Source: a virus
DNA length: 62,614 bases
Strand: one strand, 5' to 3'
Virus genome (UHGV): UHGV-1371743
Under the pieces are notes generated by a model that did no database searches, was not told the origin of the DNA, and worked only from the letters and a program-made list of their open reading frames with translations. Each line of letters starts with the position of its first letter. The first letter of the stretch is position 1. A program made the translations under genes and the position numbers. This document shows, one piece after another, positions 1 through 8,986 of the stretch.

Positions 1-980
1 AATATACGCCATTGCCGGAACTTGCAGAAGACGATTTGATTTGTCCGACTTGCGGTCAATCTCTTCCGAAAGAAGTTCGAGAAAAGCGTATTTCTGATTA
101 TGAGGAAAGAAAAAAAAATGACGAAGAGAGATATAAAAAATCGAAGGCTGAATATGAAGAACGCTACATTTCAGATAAAGAAAAGTTTGAAAAGAACAGA
201 GAAAACAATCTGAAATCCATTACAGAAAAAGGACAGAAAGCAGCAGATAATATTCGAGAATATCAGAAAATCATTAATGATAAACAACAGGAACTGGAAG
301 CAGTCAATGCAGAAATCGCAAAATTCGAAGAAACATTAAAAGAAAAGGAAGAAATCATTGATTCAATCCCGGCTGTAGCCGATATGTCAAAAAATGAAGA
401 GTACCAAAAAATCAGCGAACAGATTCTTATGTTGGAAAACGAAATCGAAGAAATGAGCAAAGAAACAGTTGGAAAAACAGAATTAGAAGCAAAAAAAGCT
501 GTTTTGCGTGATGAAATCTCAGATATTATTGCGAAAATCAAATCTGTGGACAATTCAAAAGTTAAAGAGCGTATTGCAGAGTTGGAAAAAGAAAAAGCGG
601 AAGTCGGACAGAAGATTGCAGAACAGGAACAAATGATTGATTTAACAGAAGAATTTATCAGAGAGAAAATGAATCGAATTTCTTCTGTGATTAACGAGAA
701 GTTTGGGGGAAGAGTTACGTTTAAACTTTTTGAAGTTCAGATAAATTCTGGAATCAGAGAAACTTGTGAATGTCAGTGGGATGGAAGAACCAATATGAGT
801 AATGGAGAATCTATCGTGGCAGGAATGTATATTTGCAAGGCGCTATCTGAATTATATGAAGTTAGTTGCCCTCTTTTCGTAGATAATTCGGAAGCGGTCA
901 GCGATGGTAGATTTCCAGATATGAACTGCCAAGTTATAAAATTGTTTGTTTCTAATGATAAGGAGCTTGTAGTTTGCTAG
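1..980 (+). CDS. SMC/RecF-like AAA ATPase, C-terminal part; continues in-frame from the open ORF at 61543..62614 across the window junction
   Basis: Long coiled-coil segment followed by an ABC-signature-like 'NGESIVAG' and a Walker B/D-loop 'PLFVDNSEAV'. Frame arithmetic shows (62614+12-61543) is divisible by 3, so the terminal ORF reads straight into this one. Confidence 0.6.
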   Translation, partial: YTPLPELAEDDLICPTCGQSLPKEVREKRISDYEERKKNDEERYKKSKAEYEERYISDKEKFEKNRENNLKSITEKGQKAADNIREYQKIINDKQQELEAVNAEIAKFEETLKEKEEIIDSIPAVADMSKNEEYQKISEQILMLENEIEEMSKETVGKTELEAKKAVLRDEISDIIAKIKSVDNSKVKERIAELEKEKAEVGQKIAEQEQMIDLTEEFIREKMNRISSVINEKFGGRVTFKLFEVQINSGIRETCECQWDGRTNMSNGESIVAGMYICKALSELYEVSCPLFVDNSEAVSDGRFPDMNCQVIKLFVSNDKELVVC

Positions 981-1003
981 AAATGTTTGATTAGGAGTGG
1001 AAA

Positions 1004-1429
1004 ATGAGAGCAGAATGGAGAATCAAAGGAATTTATAAGGCTGATGCTCAAAAAGTCGCTGATGAAATCGGAGATAAAAAAGTTACACCACAAGAAATTC
1101 TTGAAAAGGCTAGAGATGAAACGTCTGAACTTCACAAGTGCTTTGAATGGGATGATAGTGTGGCAGCAGAACGATACCGATTGCAACAGGCAGGAAATGT
1201 ATTGAGGATGTTGGTATTTACTCCAAAAACAAGTGAAGAACAGCCGGTGCGATGTTTTCACATAACTACGGAGAAAAATACATATCAGCCGACACAGCAA
1301 TTCCTTGTTCAAGAAAACGAGTATCAGAGTCTTTTGAAAAAGGCATTGAATGAGTTAGAAACATTTAAACGAAAATACCATACACTTTCCGAATTGGAAC
1401 AGGTATTTGAAGCGATTGAAAGCATTTAA
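1004..1429 (+). CDS. hypothetical protein
   Basis: 141 aa ORF, compact spacing after the ATPase gene, no recognisable motif. Confidence 0.4.
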   Translation: MRAEWRIKGIYKADAQKVADEIGDKKVTPQEILEKARDETSELHKCFEWDDSVAAERYRLQQAGNVLRMLVFTPKTSEEQPVRCFHITTEKNTYQPTQQFLVQENEYQSLLKKALNELETFKRKYHTLSELEQVFEAIESI

Positions 1430-1818
1430 CAACTGAATATCTGTTTAATGGTAGGTGTAGTTGTTGGCTTGATTTCCAGCGATCAAATTTTAATTCAAAA
1501 AACAATAGCGAAATAGATTATAGGAAAGGAAAAAACAGAACATCGCAAACATTCAAGTCAATACCTACGCCTATCATTGGCAGGAAACAGCTAAGTAAAA
1601 TTCAGTATAACTTAGAAAAGTAAATAACAACATAGGATAACGAAAAAAACAGTTTGACCGTCTTGTTGGTTGCAATAGCAACTGAAACCACACTTTACGA
1701 ATGAATAGGACAGAATAATGAAGATTACGAAACCGAAGAATAGAAGAGCATATAAGAAAACAGACTATTGCAACGAACTGGGCGGTCAAATAGAAAATCA
1801 TACAAGAGGGATATAAAA

Positions 1819-2451
1819 ATGAAAAATGAAGATGTAATTGAATTAAAGCCATTAGGAAATAAGTTTATGGAAGTAACCATAGTAGGGGATAGTGATTTAG
1901 TCCTTAATAAAATGAATGATGTCAATGCAAAGCAGTTGATTGATAAGAGAAAGGATAAGGCAAAAGACACTACAAAACCTAATACGTGGGAAGAAATCAT
2001 TACCTCTATGCACTGGTATAACGGAAAACCTACCGATTTTTCAGAAAAAGGTCTTGCAAAAGCATTAAAGGAAAATGCGCCTTGCATTACTGATTTTGGG
2101 TTGAAAAAATCTTTCGGAGACGCTGTAGTTCGCGCCGAGATCGACAAGTACAAGACAAAATTTGATGCAAACGTGAACATGGTGGATAAAAGCGGTTTAG
2201 TTCCGATTAAATTTGCAGAGCATTTTATTGATGAGAAATTGATGTCTCCAAAGAAAGGAAGTCCAGTGCTTGTTCATCTAAATCGATTTGCTGGATGGAG
2301 CGCAACATTCACAATTTCTTATATGGAAAATGTATATTCTGCGGAACAGATTATCAATATCATCAATATTGCAGGATTTGGACTTGGAATTGGAAGTGGC
2401 AGAACGAGTGGTTTTGGAAGATACCATGTAGAAAATGTAAGGGCGGTGTAA
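1819..2451 (+). CDS. hypothetical protein (Gly-rich C-terminus GFGLGIGSGRTSGFGRY)
   Basis: ORF 1768..2451 trimmed to the ATG at 1819, which has an upstream 'agaggga' RBS. Preceded by a roughly 390 bp non-coding stretch. Confidence 0.45.
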   Translation: MKNEDVIELKPLGNKFMEVTIVGDSDLVLNKMNDVNAKQLIDKRKDKAKDTTKPNTWEEIITSMHWYNGKPTDFSEKGLAKALKENAPCITDFGLKKSFGDAVVRAEIDKYKTKFDANVNMVDKSGLVPIKFAEHFIDEKLMSPKKGSPVLVHLNRFAGWSATFTISYMENVYSAEQIINIINIAGFGLGIGSGRTSGFGRYHVENVRAV

Positions 2452-2454
2452 AGA

Positions 2455-2658
2455 ATGATCGCAATTAAAGCACGATACTTAAAGCATGGAGAAGCCATCG
2501 GAAAAGACTATGTTTTTGCTTGTAACTTTCTTCCGAAACTGGGAGATATTGTAAAAGCCGGAAAAGCAAAGGCGGTTGTGACGGAAGTAGATACATCAGA
2601 TGGTGCGGTTTATAAGTACGATGGAGAATTGAGAGTAGCAGAAGAAATGGAGGAGTAG
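2455..2658 (+). CDS. hypothetical small protein
   Basis: 67 aa ORF tightly packed between flanking genes. Confidence 0.3.
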   Translation: MIAIKARYLKHGEAIGKDYVFACNFLPKLGDIVKAGKAKAVVTEVDTSDGAVYKYDGELRVAEEMEE

Positions 2659-2664
2659 TAACAA

Positions 2665-3408
2665 ATGAAAGAAGAATTACTTAACATTGCCATGCAGTCT
2701 TTATCTGATGATGATGTGAAAGAAATTGTAAAAGATAAGTTTAAAAAGATGATAGAAAGAGCAGTAGAAGATGCTTTTAAGTGGGGAGATGCGGAAAAAG
2801 CAATTAAAAGAAAGGTTACAGAGGTTATGGTTCCGTATATTGAAAAATATGACTTCTCCGAATATCTTCCTAAGTTAGATTCGGTTTTGACGGAAATTGT
2901 CAATTCTGATGCTTGCATGGGAAATAAAACGATTCTTGAAAATTTCAGAGATTTGATGATTGAACCAGAGCAAAAAGAAATCAAAGTAACTGATTTATTT
3001 AAGATTTGGAAAAAGCGGTGCGAAAAGGAAATTGATACAGATGGATTGGAAATTGATTACGATGATGGAGTTTCTTATTCGTGTGTAGACTGCGAAATGA
3101 GCGTAGAAGAACTTGATAAACCGTCATGGGGAAATGTACAAAGAGCAGTAATTACATTTCAAAACGAGCACGATGAATCACTTAATATCGAAATTCCTAT
3201 TTCGAAATGGGCGCGGGATAGTGGAAAAGAAAAACCGTATACACTTTCATTAGAAAACGATTTGATGATTTCATCGTTGAGGTATATGGATGATTTCAAG
3301 ATATTACTTATGCGTCTTACTAGAGCAAGAACATCAATCATTATTGATAAAGATTATGATACTGATGATATTTTTCCGGAAGCAGAACCAGAATCAAGTT
3401 TTAGTTAG
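2665..3408 (+). CDS. hypothetical acidic protein
   Basis: 247 aa ORF, D/E-rich, with a 'ggag' RBS. Confidence 0.4.
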   Translation: MKEELLNIAMQSLSDDDVKEIVKDKFKKMIERAVEDAFKWGDAEKAIKRKVTEVMVPYIEKYDFSEYLPKLDSVLTEIVNSDACMGNKTILENFRDLMIEPEQKEIKVTDLFKIWKKRCEKEIDTDGLEIDYDDGVSYSCVDCEMSVEELDKPSWGNVQRAVITFQNEHDESLNIEIPISKWARDSGKEKPYTLSLENDLMISSLRYMDDFKILLMRLTRARTSIIIDKDYDTDDIFPEAEPESSFS

Positions 3409-3428
3409 TAGAAGAGGAGGAATAAATT

Positions 3429-4244
3429 ATGTCAGAAAATACACAGGTGGTAACGCAGAATACAGGAACAGTAGCACAGAAACCAAAGACATTTGATATG
3501 GCTTTAATGGAGAAACTGGATAGCGTGAATGACGCACTTCCGAAAGATTTTAATAAACAGAGATTCGTGCAGAATACTCTTGCGCTGATCCACGATAACC
3601 CAAAACTCATGGAGTATAAGCAGTCGGAGATTATGTCCGGCTTGATGAAAGGTGCTACGCTGGGATTGGACTTCTTCAACAAAGAAGCATACCTCGTTCC
3701 ATATGGAAGCCAGTTGAATTATCAGACGGATTATCGTGGAGCAAAGAAACTCGCAAAGAAGTATTCTATCCGTCCAATCAAGGATATTTACGCAAAACTT
3801 GTTCGTGAAGGTGATGAATTCGAAGAAGTTATCGAAAACGGAGAGCAGGGAATCAACTTCAAACCAAAGGCTTTTAATGATGGAAAGATTATTGGCGCAT
3901 TTGCAGTGTGCTTATTCGCCGATGGGGGAATGGTATACGACACAATGAGCCTTGCAGACTTGGAGAACACAAGAAAATCCAGTAAGGCGAGCAATTCTCC
4001 GGCTTGGAAGAATTTCACCGGGGAAATGTATAAAAAGACAGTGCTGCATAGACTTTGCAAACATATTGAACTTGATTTTGAGAATCCGACTCAGCAGAGT
4101 AACTTTATGGCTGGAATGGAAATTGAAACAGATGTAAGCGAGATTGCACACAGAAAAATCGCAGAAAACGAAAATTCACAGCCATTTGAAGTTGTGGCAG
4201 ACGTGGAAGCGAAAGAAGAACCAAGTTTCGTGACGGAGGGATAG
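3429..4244 (+). CDS. recT: RecT-family single-strand annealing recombinase
   Basis: The 271 aa product has the RecT-like core 'FNKQRFVQNTLALI...EAYLVPYGSQLNYQTDYRG' and an acidic C-tail. RBS is 'gaggagg'. Confidence 0.8.
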   Translation: MSENTQVVTQNTGTVAQKPKTFDMALMEKLDSVNDALPKDFNKQRFVQNTLALIHDNPKLMEYKQSEIMSGLMKGATLGLDFFNKEAYLVPYGSQLNYQTDYRGAKKLAKKYSIRPIKDIYAKLVREGDEFEEVIENGEQGINFKPKAFNDGKIIGAFAVCLFADGGMVYDTMSLADLENTRKSSKASNSPAWKNFTGEMYKKTVLHRLCKHIELDFENPTQQSNFMAGMEIETDVSEIAHRKIAENENSQPFEVVADVEAKEEPSFVTEG

Positions 4245-4247
4245 AAA

Positions 4248-4616
4248 ATGAGAGTAATTAGCCAGGATGGAATGCAAGATATTCCGTATAAGAAATTTGT
4301 ATTTTCAATTACAAAAGACAACAGGATTGTAGCAACGATAGGTTGTACTGCTCCTCCAACAGAATTGTATATGTCATCAGTTGCAAAATATTCTATACAA
4401 GAAAAAGCCATGAAAGCAATGGAAATGTTGAGAAGTGCTTATACAGGGATGCCAGTTGTTTTTCAAAATATAGAACCTTCAGAAAAGTTTAGGGAATTAC
4501 TTGAAATAACAAAAACGAACGGAATTATCACAATCACAGATGATAAAAAGTCGAAAATCGAATATGTCAATAATGTGATTTTTCAGTTTCCGAAAGATGA
4601 AGATGTGGAGGTATAG
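4248..4616 (+). CDS. hypothetical protein
   Basis: 122 aa ORF in an operon-like arrangement. Confidence 0.35.
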   Translation: MRVISQDGMQDIPYKKFVFSITKDNRIVATIGCTAPPTELYMSSVAKYSIQEKAMKAMEMLRSAYTGMPVVFQNIEPSEKFRELLEITKTNGIITITDDKKSKIEYVNNVIFQFPKDEDVEV

Positions 4617-4619
4617 TAT

Positions 4620-4910
4620 ATGAAATTACATTTTTACATTTTGAAAGGACTATACGGAAGTAATCCAAAACTCACATATTCTGAATGTGAAGTGGACGAA
4701 AAGCCAAAAACTTATAAACCGATAAGCAGATTCCCGGACGGATATTTTAGTTCGTTCGTTAAAAAAGAAGATGTTGCGAGTTTAATCGGAGGAAACGTAG
4801 TTGTCTTAGAAGAAAAAGATGATAAGAAAGCAAAAGAAATATTTGCACATTATTTTGATCGAGCCATTGATCTTAAGAAAAGTGAAATAGATAACTTGGA
4901 AAAAAGTTAA
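4620..4910 (+). CDS. hypothetical protein
   Basis: 96 aa ORF. Confidence 0.35.
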   Translation: MKLHFYILKGLYGSNPKLTYSECEVDEKPKTYKPISRFPDGYFSSFVKKEDVASLIGGNVVVLEEKDDKKAKEIFAHYFDRAIDLKKSEIDNLEKS

Positions 4911-4925
4911 AAGCTATTAACGAAT

Positions 4926-5261
4926 TTGGGGATGTATAGCATGGACGAAGCAGAGAAAATAAAGATTATTGCCGAACATTACGGATATGACTCGCAAAGC
5001 AGACAGTGCATTGAAGAGATGGCAGAATTGACACAAGCCATCAATAAGTGGTGGAGAGTTTGCGGAAACGGTCAAAGGACTGAGAAAAGTATTGCAGAGT
5101 GCAGAGACAATTTGGTTGAAGAAATTGCGGATGTGCAGATTATGTTATGGCAGATCGAATACCTGCTTCTTTCTACACCGGAAGTAAATCAGATGATTAC
5201 ACAGAAATTGAACAGGCAGTTGGAAAGGATTAAGAGAGAATGGTTGAATTTGAACAATTAA
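4926..5261 (+). CDS. MazG-like nucleotide pyrophosphohydrolase (start uncertain: 4932 or 4941 ATG)
   Basis: Shows the 'EEMAELTQAI ... EEIADVQIMLWQI' pattern, a paired EExxE/EExxD signature typical of the MazG/HisE fold. Confidence 0.5.
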   Translation: MGMYSMDEAEKIKIIAEHYGYDSQSRQCIEEMAELTQAINKWWRVCGNGQRTEKSIAECRDNLVEEIADVQIMLWQIEYLLLSTPEVNQMITQKLNRQLERIKREWLNLNN

Positions 5262-6199
5262 GCTTTTTAGACGATGAAAAACCTTTATTCAAAATTAAAA
5301 ATCCCATTATGTTGATTGAACTTTTTGCAGGAGTTGGAAGTCAAGCAATGGCACTTAGAGATTTAGGAGCAGATTTTGAACATTACAGAGTGGTTGAACT
5401 CGATAAGTATGCTATTAAAAGTTATAACTCAATTCATGGAACAGAATTTCCAAAAATGGACATTACCCAAATTCATGGTTCAGATTTAGGAATTGAAGAT
5501 GTAGAAAAGTTTACATATTTGATGACATATTCATTTCCATGCCAAGATTTATCAGTTGCCGGGAAACAAAAAGGAATGGCAAAAGACAGTGGTACAAGGT
5601 CTGGATTGTTGTGGGAAGTGGAACGATTGTTGAATGAAGTTGAGAATTTGCCACAAGTGCTGCTTATGGAAAATGTGCCACAGGTTCACGGAAAGAAAAA
5701 TATAGAAGATTTTCAAAACTGGATATCATTTCTTGAAAGTAAAGGCTATTCGAATTATTGGCAAGACCTAAACGCAAAGAATTATGGAGTTGCACAAAAT
5801 AGAAATCGTTGCTTTATGGTTAGCATTTTGGGAGATTGGAAGTTTACATTTCCAGAACCAATAGAACTAAAAAGAGTAATGAAAGACTATTTAGAAGATG
5901 TAGTAGATGAGAAGTATTACATAAACAATGAGAAAGCGCAAAAGCTGATACAAAAACTTATTGACAATGGAACACTTCAAAATACAATTCCTACAGACGG
6001 ACAGACGGACAGACGGACAGACGGACAGACGGACAGACGGACAGACGGACAGACGGACAGACGGACAGTTGACGGAACTGTCAATAAGCCAAAGGCAAGA
6101 GCAATTGGAAATTGTATCAAAGCAAGGTATGATGCCGGTATCAGCAATTTGCGGTCAGACGGAAACTGTGTTGTTGAAAGCAATAGACTTGTCACTTAA
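5240..6199 (+). CDS. DNA (cytosine-5)-methyltransferase, N-terminal catalytic portion (motifs I, IV, VI, VIII); ends shortly after an internal 8-bp microsatellite
   Basis: Motifs 'LFAGVGS' (I), 'SFPCQDLSVAG' (IV), 'ENVPQV' (VI) and 'QNRNRCFMV' (VIII) are present. It then reads through (ACAGACGG)n as TDGQTDRR repeats and stops at 6197. Confidence 0.8.
   Translation: MVEFEQLSFLDDEKPLFKIKNPIMLIELFAGVGSQAMALRDLGADFEHYRVVELDKYAIKSYNSIHGTEFPKMDITQIHGSDLGIEDVEKFTYLMTYSFPCQDLSVAGKQKGMAKDSGTRSGLLWEVERLLNEVENLPQVLLMENVPQVHGKKNIEDFQNWISFLESKGYSNYWQDLNAKNYGVAQNRNRCFMVSILGDWKFTFPEPIELKRVMKDYLEDVVDEKYYINNEKAQKLIQKLIDNGTLQNTIPTDGQTDRRTDGQTDRRTDGQTDRRTVDGTVNKPKARAIGNCIKARYDAGISNLRSDGNCVVESNRLVT
5993..6068. 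repeat. 8-bp microsatellite (ACAGACGG) x9.5 inside the C5-MTase gene
   Basis: Nine perfect tandem units plus a partial 'acag', counted directly. The unit length is not a multiple of 3. Confidence 0.9.
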
Positions 6200-6301
6200 C
6201 AACCCAAAAGAAAAAGATATTTCTAATTGTATTTTGTCTCATGTTTCAAAAGACGGAAATTCAATAGGGAAATATGCATCATTAAACAACGGAGTGATTG
6301 A

Positions 6302-6961
6302 ATGCAAGATGTAAAGGTTATAGGTTCATTTGAAAGCAAGTTTGAGAGTACGAACCGAATTTATGACGAGGGGTGGTGTAGTCCAACATTGAGTACAATG
6401 CAAGGCGGAAATAAAGAACCGAAAATTTTACAAGCTAGTTCGATACGAATGGTGCGAACGGAAGAGGGCAAAGCATTGAGAAAACAATATGAAAACCACG
6501 AATTGCAACACGGATTTAATGAATATCGAGAGCCGGAGTTAAGGAAAGACGGAGTGACTAATACATTAAGTACGGTTCCAAAAGATAATTATGTTTGCGT
6601 TGCTATGCGTGGCAGAAATCCGGAGAATCCATCAGACAGAACGTCAGGAGTACATACAGAGCAATGCTTGGAAATAAATCAAAACGGAACGAGTAATACG
6701 CTCACAAGCGTTCAGAAAGACAATCTAGTGATGCAAACCAATAATTGCATTGATATACAATACAGAATACGAAAACTAACTCCGAGAGAATGTTGGAGAT
6801 TAATGGATTTCAAAGATTATGATTTTGAAAAAGCACAAGAAGTAAATTCAAATACACAGTTGTATAAACAAGCAGGGAATTCGATTGTGAAGAATGTGCT
6901 TGTTGCAATATTTGGACAAATGATTGATGGAAAGGAAAATGTTTACAAGGAGGTGGTCTAA
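6302..6961 (+). CDS. DNA (cytosine-5)-methyltransferase, C-terminal portion (duplicated TRD modules plus motifs IX and X)
   Basis: Carries 'RKLTPRECWRLMDF' (motif IX) and 'LYKQAGNSIVKNVL' (motif X), with two TRD-like 'GVTNTLSTV' / 'GTSNTLTSV' modules. Same frame as 5240..6199 but separated from it by several stops. Confidence 0.75.
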   Translation: MQDVKVIGSFESKFESTNRIYDEGWCSPTLSTMQGGNKEPKILQASSIRMVRTEEGKALRKQYENHELQHGFNEYREPELRKDGVTNTLSTVPKDNYVCVAMRGRNPENPSDRTSGVHTEQCLEINQNGTSNTLTSVQKDNLVMQTNNCIDIQYRIRKLTPRECWRLMDFKDYDFEKAQEVNSNTQLYKQAGNSIVKNVLVAIFGQMIDGKENVYKEVV

Positions 6962-7704
6962 TGCTTATGAAATGTATAAATTCTGGTAGTAGTGGTAATG
7001 GATATGCACTCATTTCAGATGATGAAGTTCTACTAATAGAATGTGGAGTTCCGTCGAAAGAAATGTTGCGTGCGATTGATTATCAGACAAGTAAAGTTGC
7101 CGGATGCCTTATCTCTCATGAGCATGGTTAAGGAGACCATGCAAAGTATATCAAGCAGTACATGAAATACGGTATCAAGTGTTACACCTCTGATGAGGTA
7201 CAGGAACGTATTGAAACAATCTATGGAGAAAAAACGATAGGAATGAATCGTATGCACGTTGCAAAAATCGGTTCATTCCAAGTGATACCGTTCCAGTCAC
7301 CACATAACGGTACAGAATGTGACGGTTTCTTGATTAAACATGAAAAAATAGGTTGCTTGCTATTTATTACAGACGCAGAATATTGCAAATATGATTTCTC
7401 AAAAATGGGTATCAACCATGCAATGATCGAGTGCAATTATTCCGAGGATTACTTAGATGTGGAAGAAAATCAAGGTAAAACAAATCATGTACTGCAAGGA
7501 CACATGGAATTACAAACTTGTAAAAGGCTCATACAGACGATTAACAGTCCAATGCTAAGAAGTGTAGGCTTACTGCATTTAAGTTCACAGAATGGAAATC
7601 CTGAACGATTCAGAGAGGAAATAGAAGAATTGGTCGATTGTGATGTAGATGTGTGGGTAGCAGAAAAAGGTATAGAAAGGGAATTACGGTTGGAACCGTT
7701 TTAG
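6961..7704 (+). pseudogene. MBL-fold metallo-hydrolase interrupted by one in-frame TAA (7129..7131) inside the HxHxDH motif
   Basis: N-terminal segment 'SGSSGNGYALISDDEVLLIECG ... LISHEHG' then TAA then 'GDHAKY...' in the same frame, with ORF 7162..7704 continuing. Deleting 6 nt (ttaagg) would restore HEHGDH. Confidence 0.6.
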
Positions 7705-7711
7705 GTGAGAA

Positions 7712-7933
7712 ATGAAAGAAACATTAAAAGTCAAAGATATTCTTTCGCATTGCGAAGAATCTGCGAAAAAGTGCAGAATTTTAGCAGATAAGGCAATCGA
7801 GAATGTCGGTCATGGAGAAAGTGAAGAATCAGCGATTGGGGCGTGTGCGTTCTTCATGCAGGAGCAGAGAATGTATCGGCAGATTATACCGGACATTATA
7901 AAAGAGCTTGCAGAAAGTGAGGATAAGGAATGA
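7712..7933 (+). CDS. hypothetical protein
   Basis: 73 aa ORF that overlaps the ssb start by 4 nt. Confidence 0.3.
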   Translation: MKETLKVKDILSHCEESAKKCRILADKAIENVGHGESEESAIGACAFFMQEQRMYRQIIPDIIKELAESEDKE

Positions 7934-8370
7934 ACAGCATTGTAATTGTCGGTCGGGCGGTCAGAGACGCAGAAGTGAGATATTCCACAGGCGAAAAGTC
8001 AACAGCATTTGGAAATTACACACTTGCAGTTGATAGACCGTACAAAAAAGACGGAGAGAAAGAAACAGATTTTATCATGTGCAAGGTAGTTGGGAAAACT
8101 GCTGAATTTGCAGAAAAGTATATCACAAAAGGTGTGAAGATGATCGTTCGTGGTCGCATGCAGATTGATAACTACACAGACAGGTACGGAAACAAAAGAC
8201 AATCAGCGTATGTTTTCGTTGAGCAACAGGAATTTGCAGAAAGCAAAAATGCGAATCAGCAGAATAACAATGTGCAGGCTGGTCCGTCACCTTTTGGTAA
8301 TATGCCTACCGATTCGGAGGGGTTCATGAACATTCCTGATGGAATAGACGAAGAATTACCATTTAATTAA
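7930..8370 (+). CDS. ssb: single-stranded DNA-binding protein
   Basis: OB-fold N-terminus 'IVGRAVRDAEVRY...', a Q/N-rich linker and the acidic tail 'DEELPF' characteristic of SSB. Confidence 0.85.
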   Translation: MNSIVIVGRAVRDAEVRYSTGEKSTAFGNYTLAVDRPYKKDGEKETDFIMCKVVGKTAEFAEKYITKGVKMIVRGRMQIDNYTDRYGNKRQSAYVFVEQQEFAESKNANQQNNNVQAGPSPFGNMPTDSEGFMNIPDGIDEELPFN

Positions 8371-8389
8371 AAGAAGGCGGTGACAAAGA

Positions 8390-8986
8390 TTGAGTTATCA
8401 AAACTTTAGACAAATAAAGGCTATTGAGCAAAAGAATAAACAACGGTTGCTTGAGGTTAATTCGAGGTTAGATGATGAAAGTGGAATTTACTTTCTGACA
8501 AGAGAAGATGAACAAGGTTTCCGATACGCTTACATCGGACAAGCAGTACACATTTTGACTAGACTTGCGCAACACCTTGTCGGTTATCAGCATATTGATT
8601 TGTCGCTGAAAAAGCATGGTCTGTATTCAGAAGAGAATCCGTATGGGTGGAAAGTGAATTTTAGACACTATACAACAAATTTGCTTGATAAAATGGAGCA
8701 GTTATGGATTAAGCAGTATGCGGATAAAGGTTATCAGTTAAGAAATAAAACTTCTGGAAGTCAAGGCGAGGGAAAGGCACAGATTGCAGATTATCGACCG
8801 CAGAAAGGTTACAGAGACGGTTTAAAACAAGGAAGAATTAATCTAGCTAGGGAATTATCATCTATCGCAGAAAAGCACCTTAAAATCGAAATTAGAGATG
8901 ACAAGAAGAACAATAAGATTTCACAGAGACAGTTTGAGAAGTTTAAGGAACTGTTAGGAACCGAAAATTATATGGGAGGAAATTAA
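8390..8986 (+). CDS. GIY-YIG domain nuclease-like protein
   Basis: 'SGIYFLT...(11)...YAYIGQA' gives the GIY ... YIG spacing, with a basic C-terminal region. Confidence 0.6.
   Translation: MSYQNFRQIKAIEQKNKQRLLEVNSRLDDESGIYFLTREDEQGFRYAYIGQAVHILTRLAQHLVGYQHIDLSLKKHGLYSEENPYGWKVNFRHYTTNLLDKMEQLWIKQYADKGYQLRNKTSGSQGEGKAQIADYRPQKGYRDGLKQGRINLARELSSIAEKHLKIEIRDDKKNNKISQRQFEKFKELLGTENYMGGN

Noticed and set aside
5977-6195. Minus-strand ORF (VRLSVCPS repeats) and plus ORF 5961..6314 across the methyltransferase microsatellite
   Set aside because: These are frame artefacts of the 8-bp repeat. The 5961..6314 frame is kept only as a possible slippage product, not as an independent gene.
7129-7131. 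Possibility that TAA is reassigned (alternative genetic code) in this phage
   Set aside because: All other long genes (tape measure, terminase, portal, RT and others) are intact with standard stops. This is a single local event, so it is treated as a pseudogene or sequencing error.
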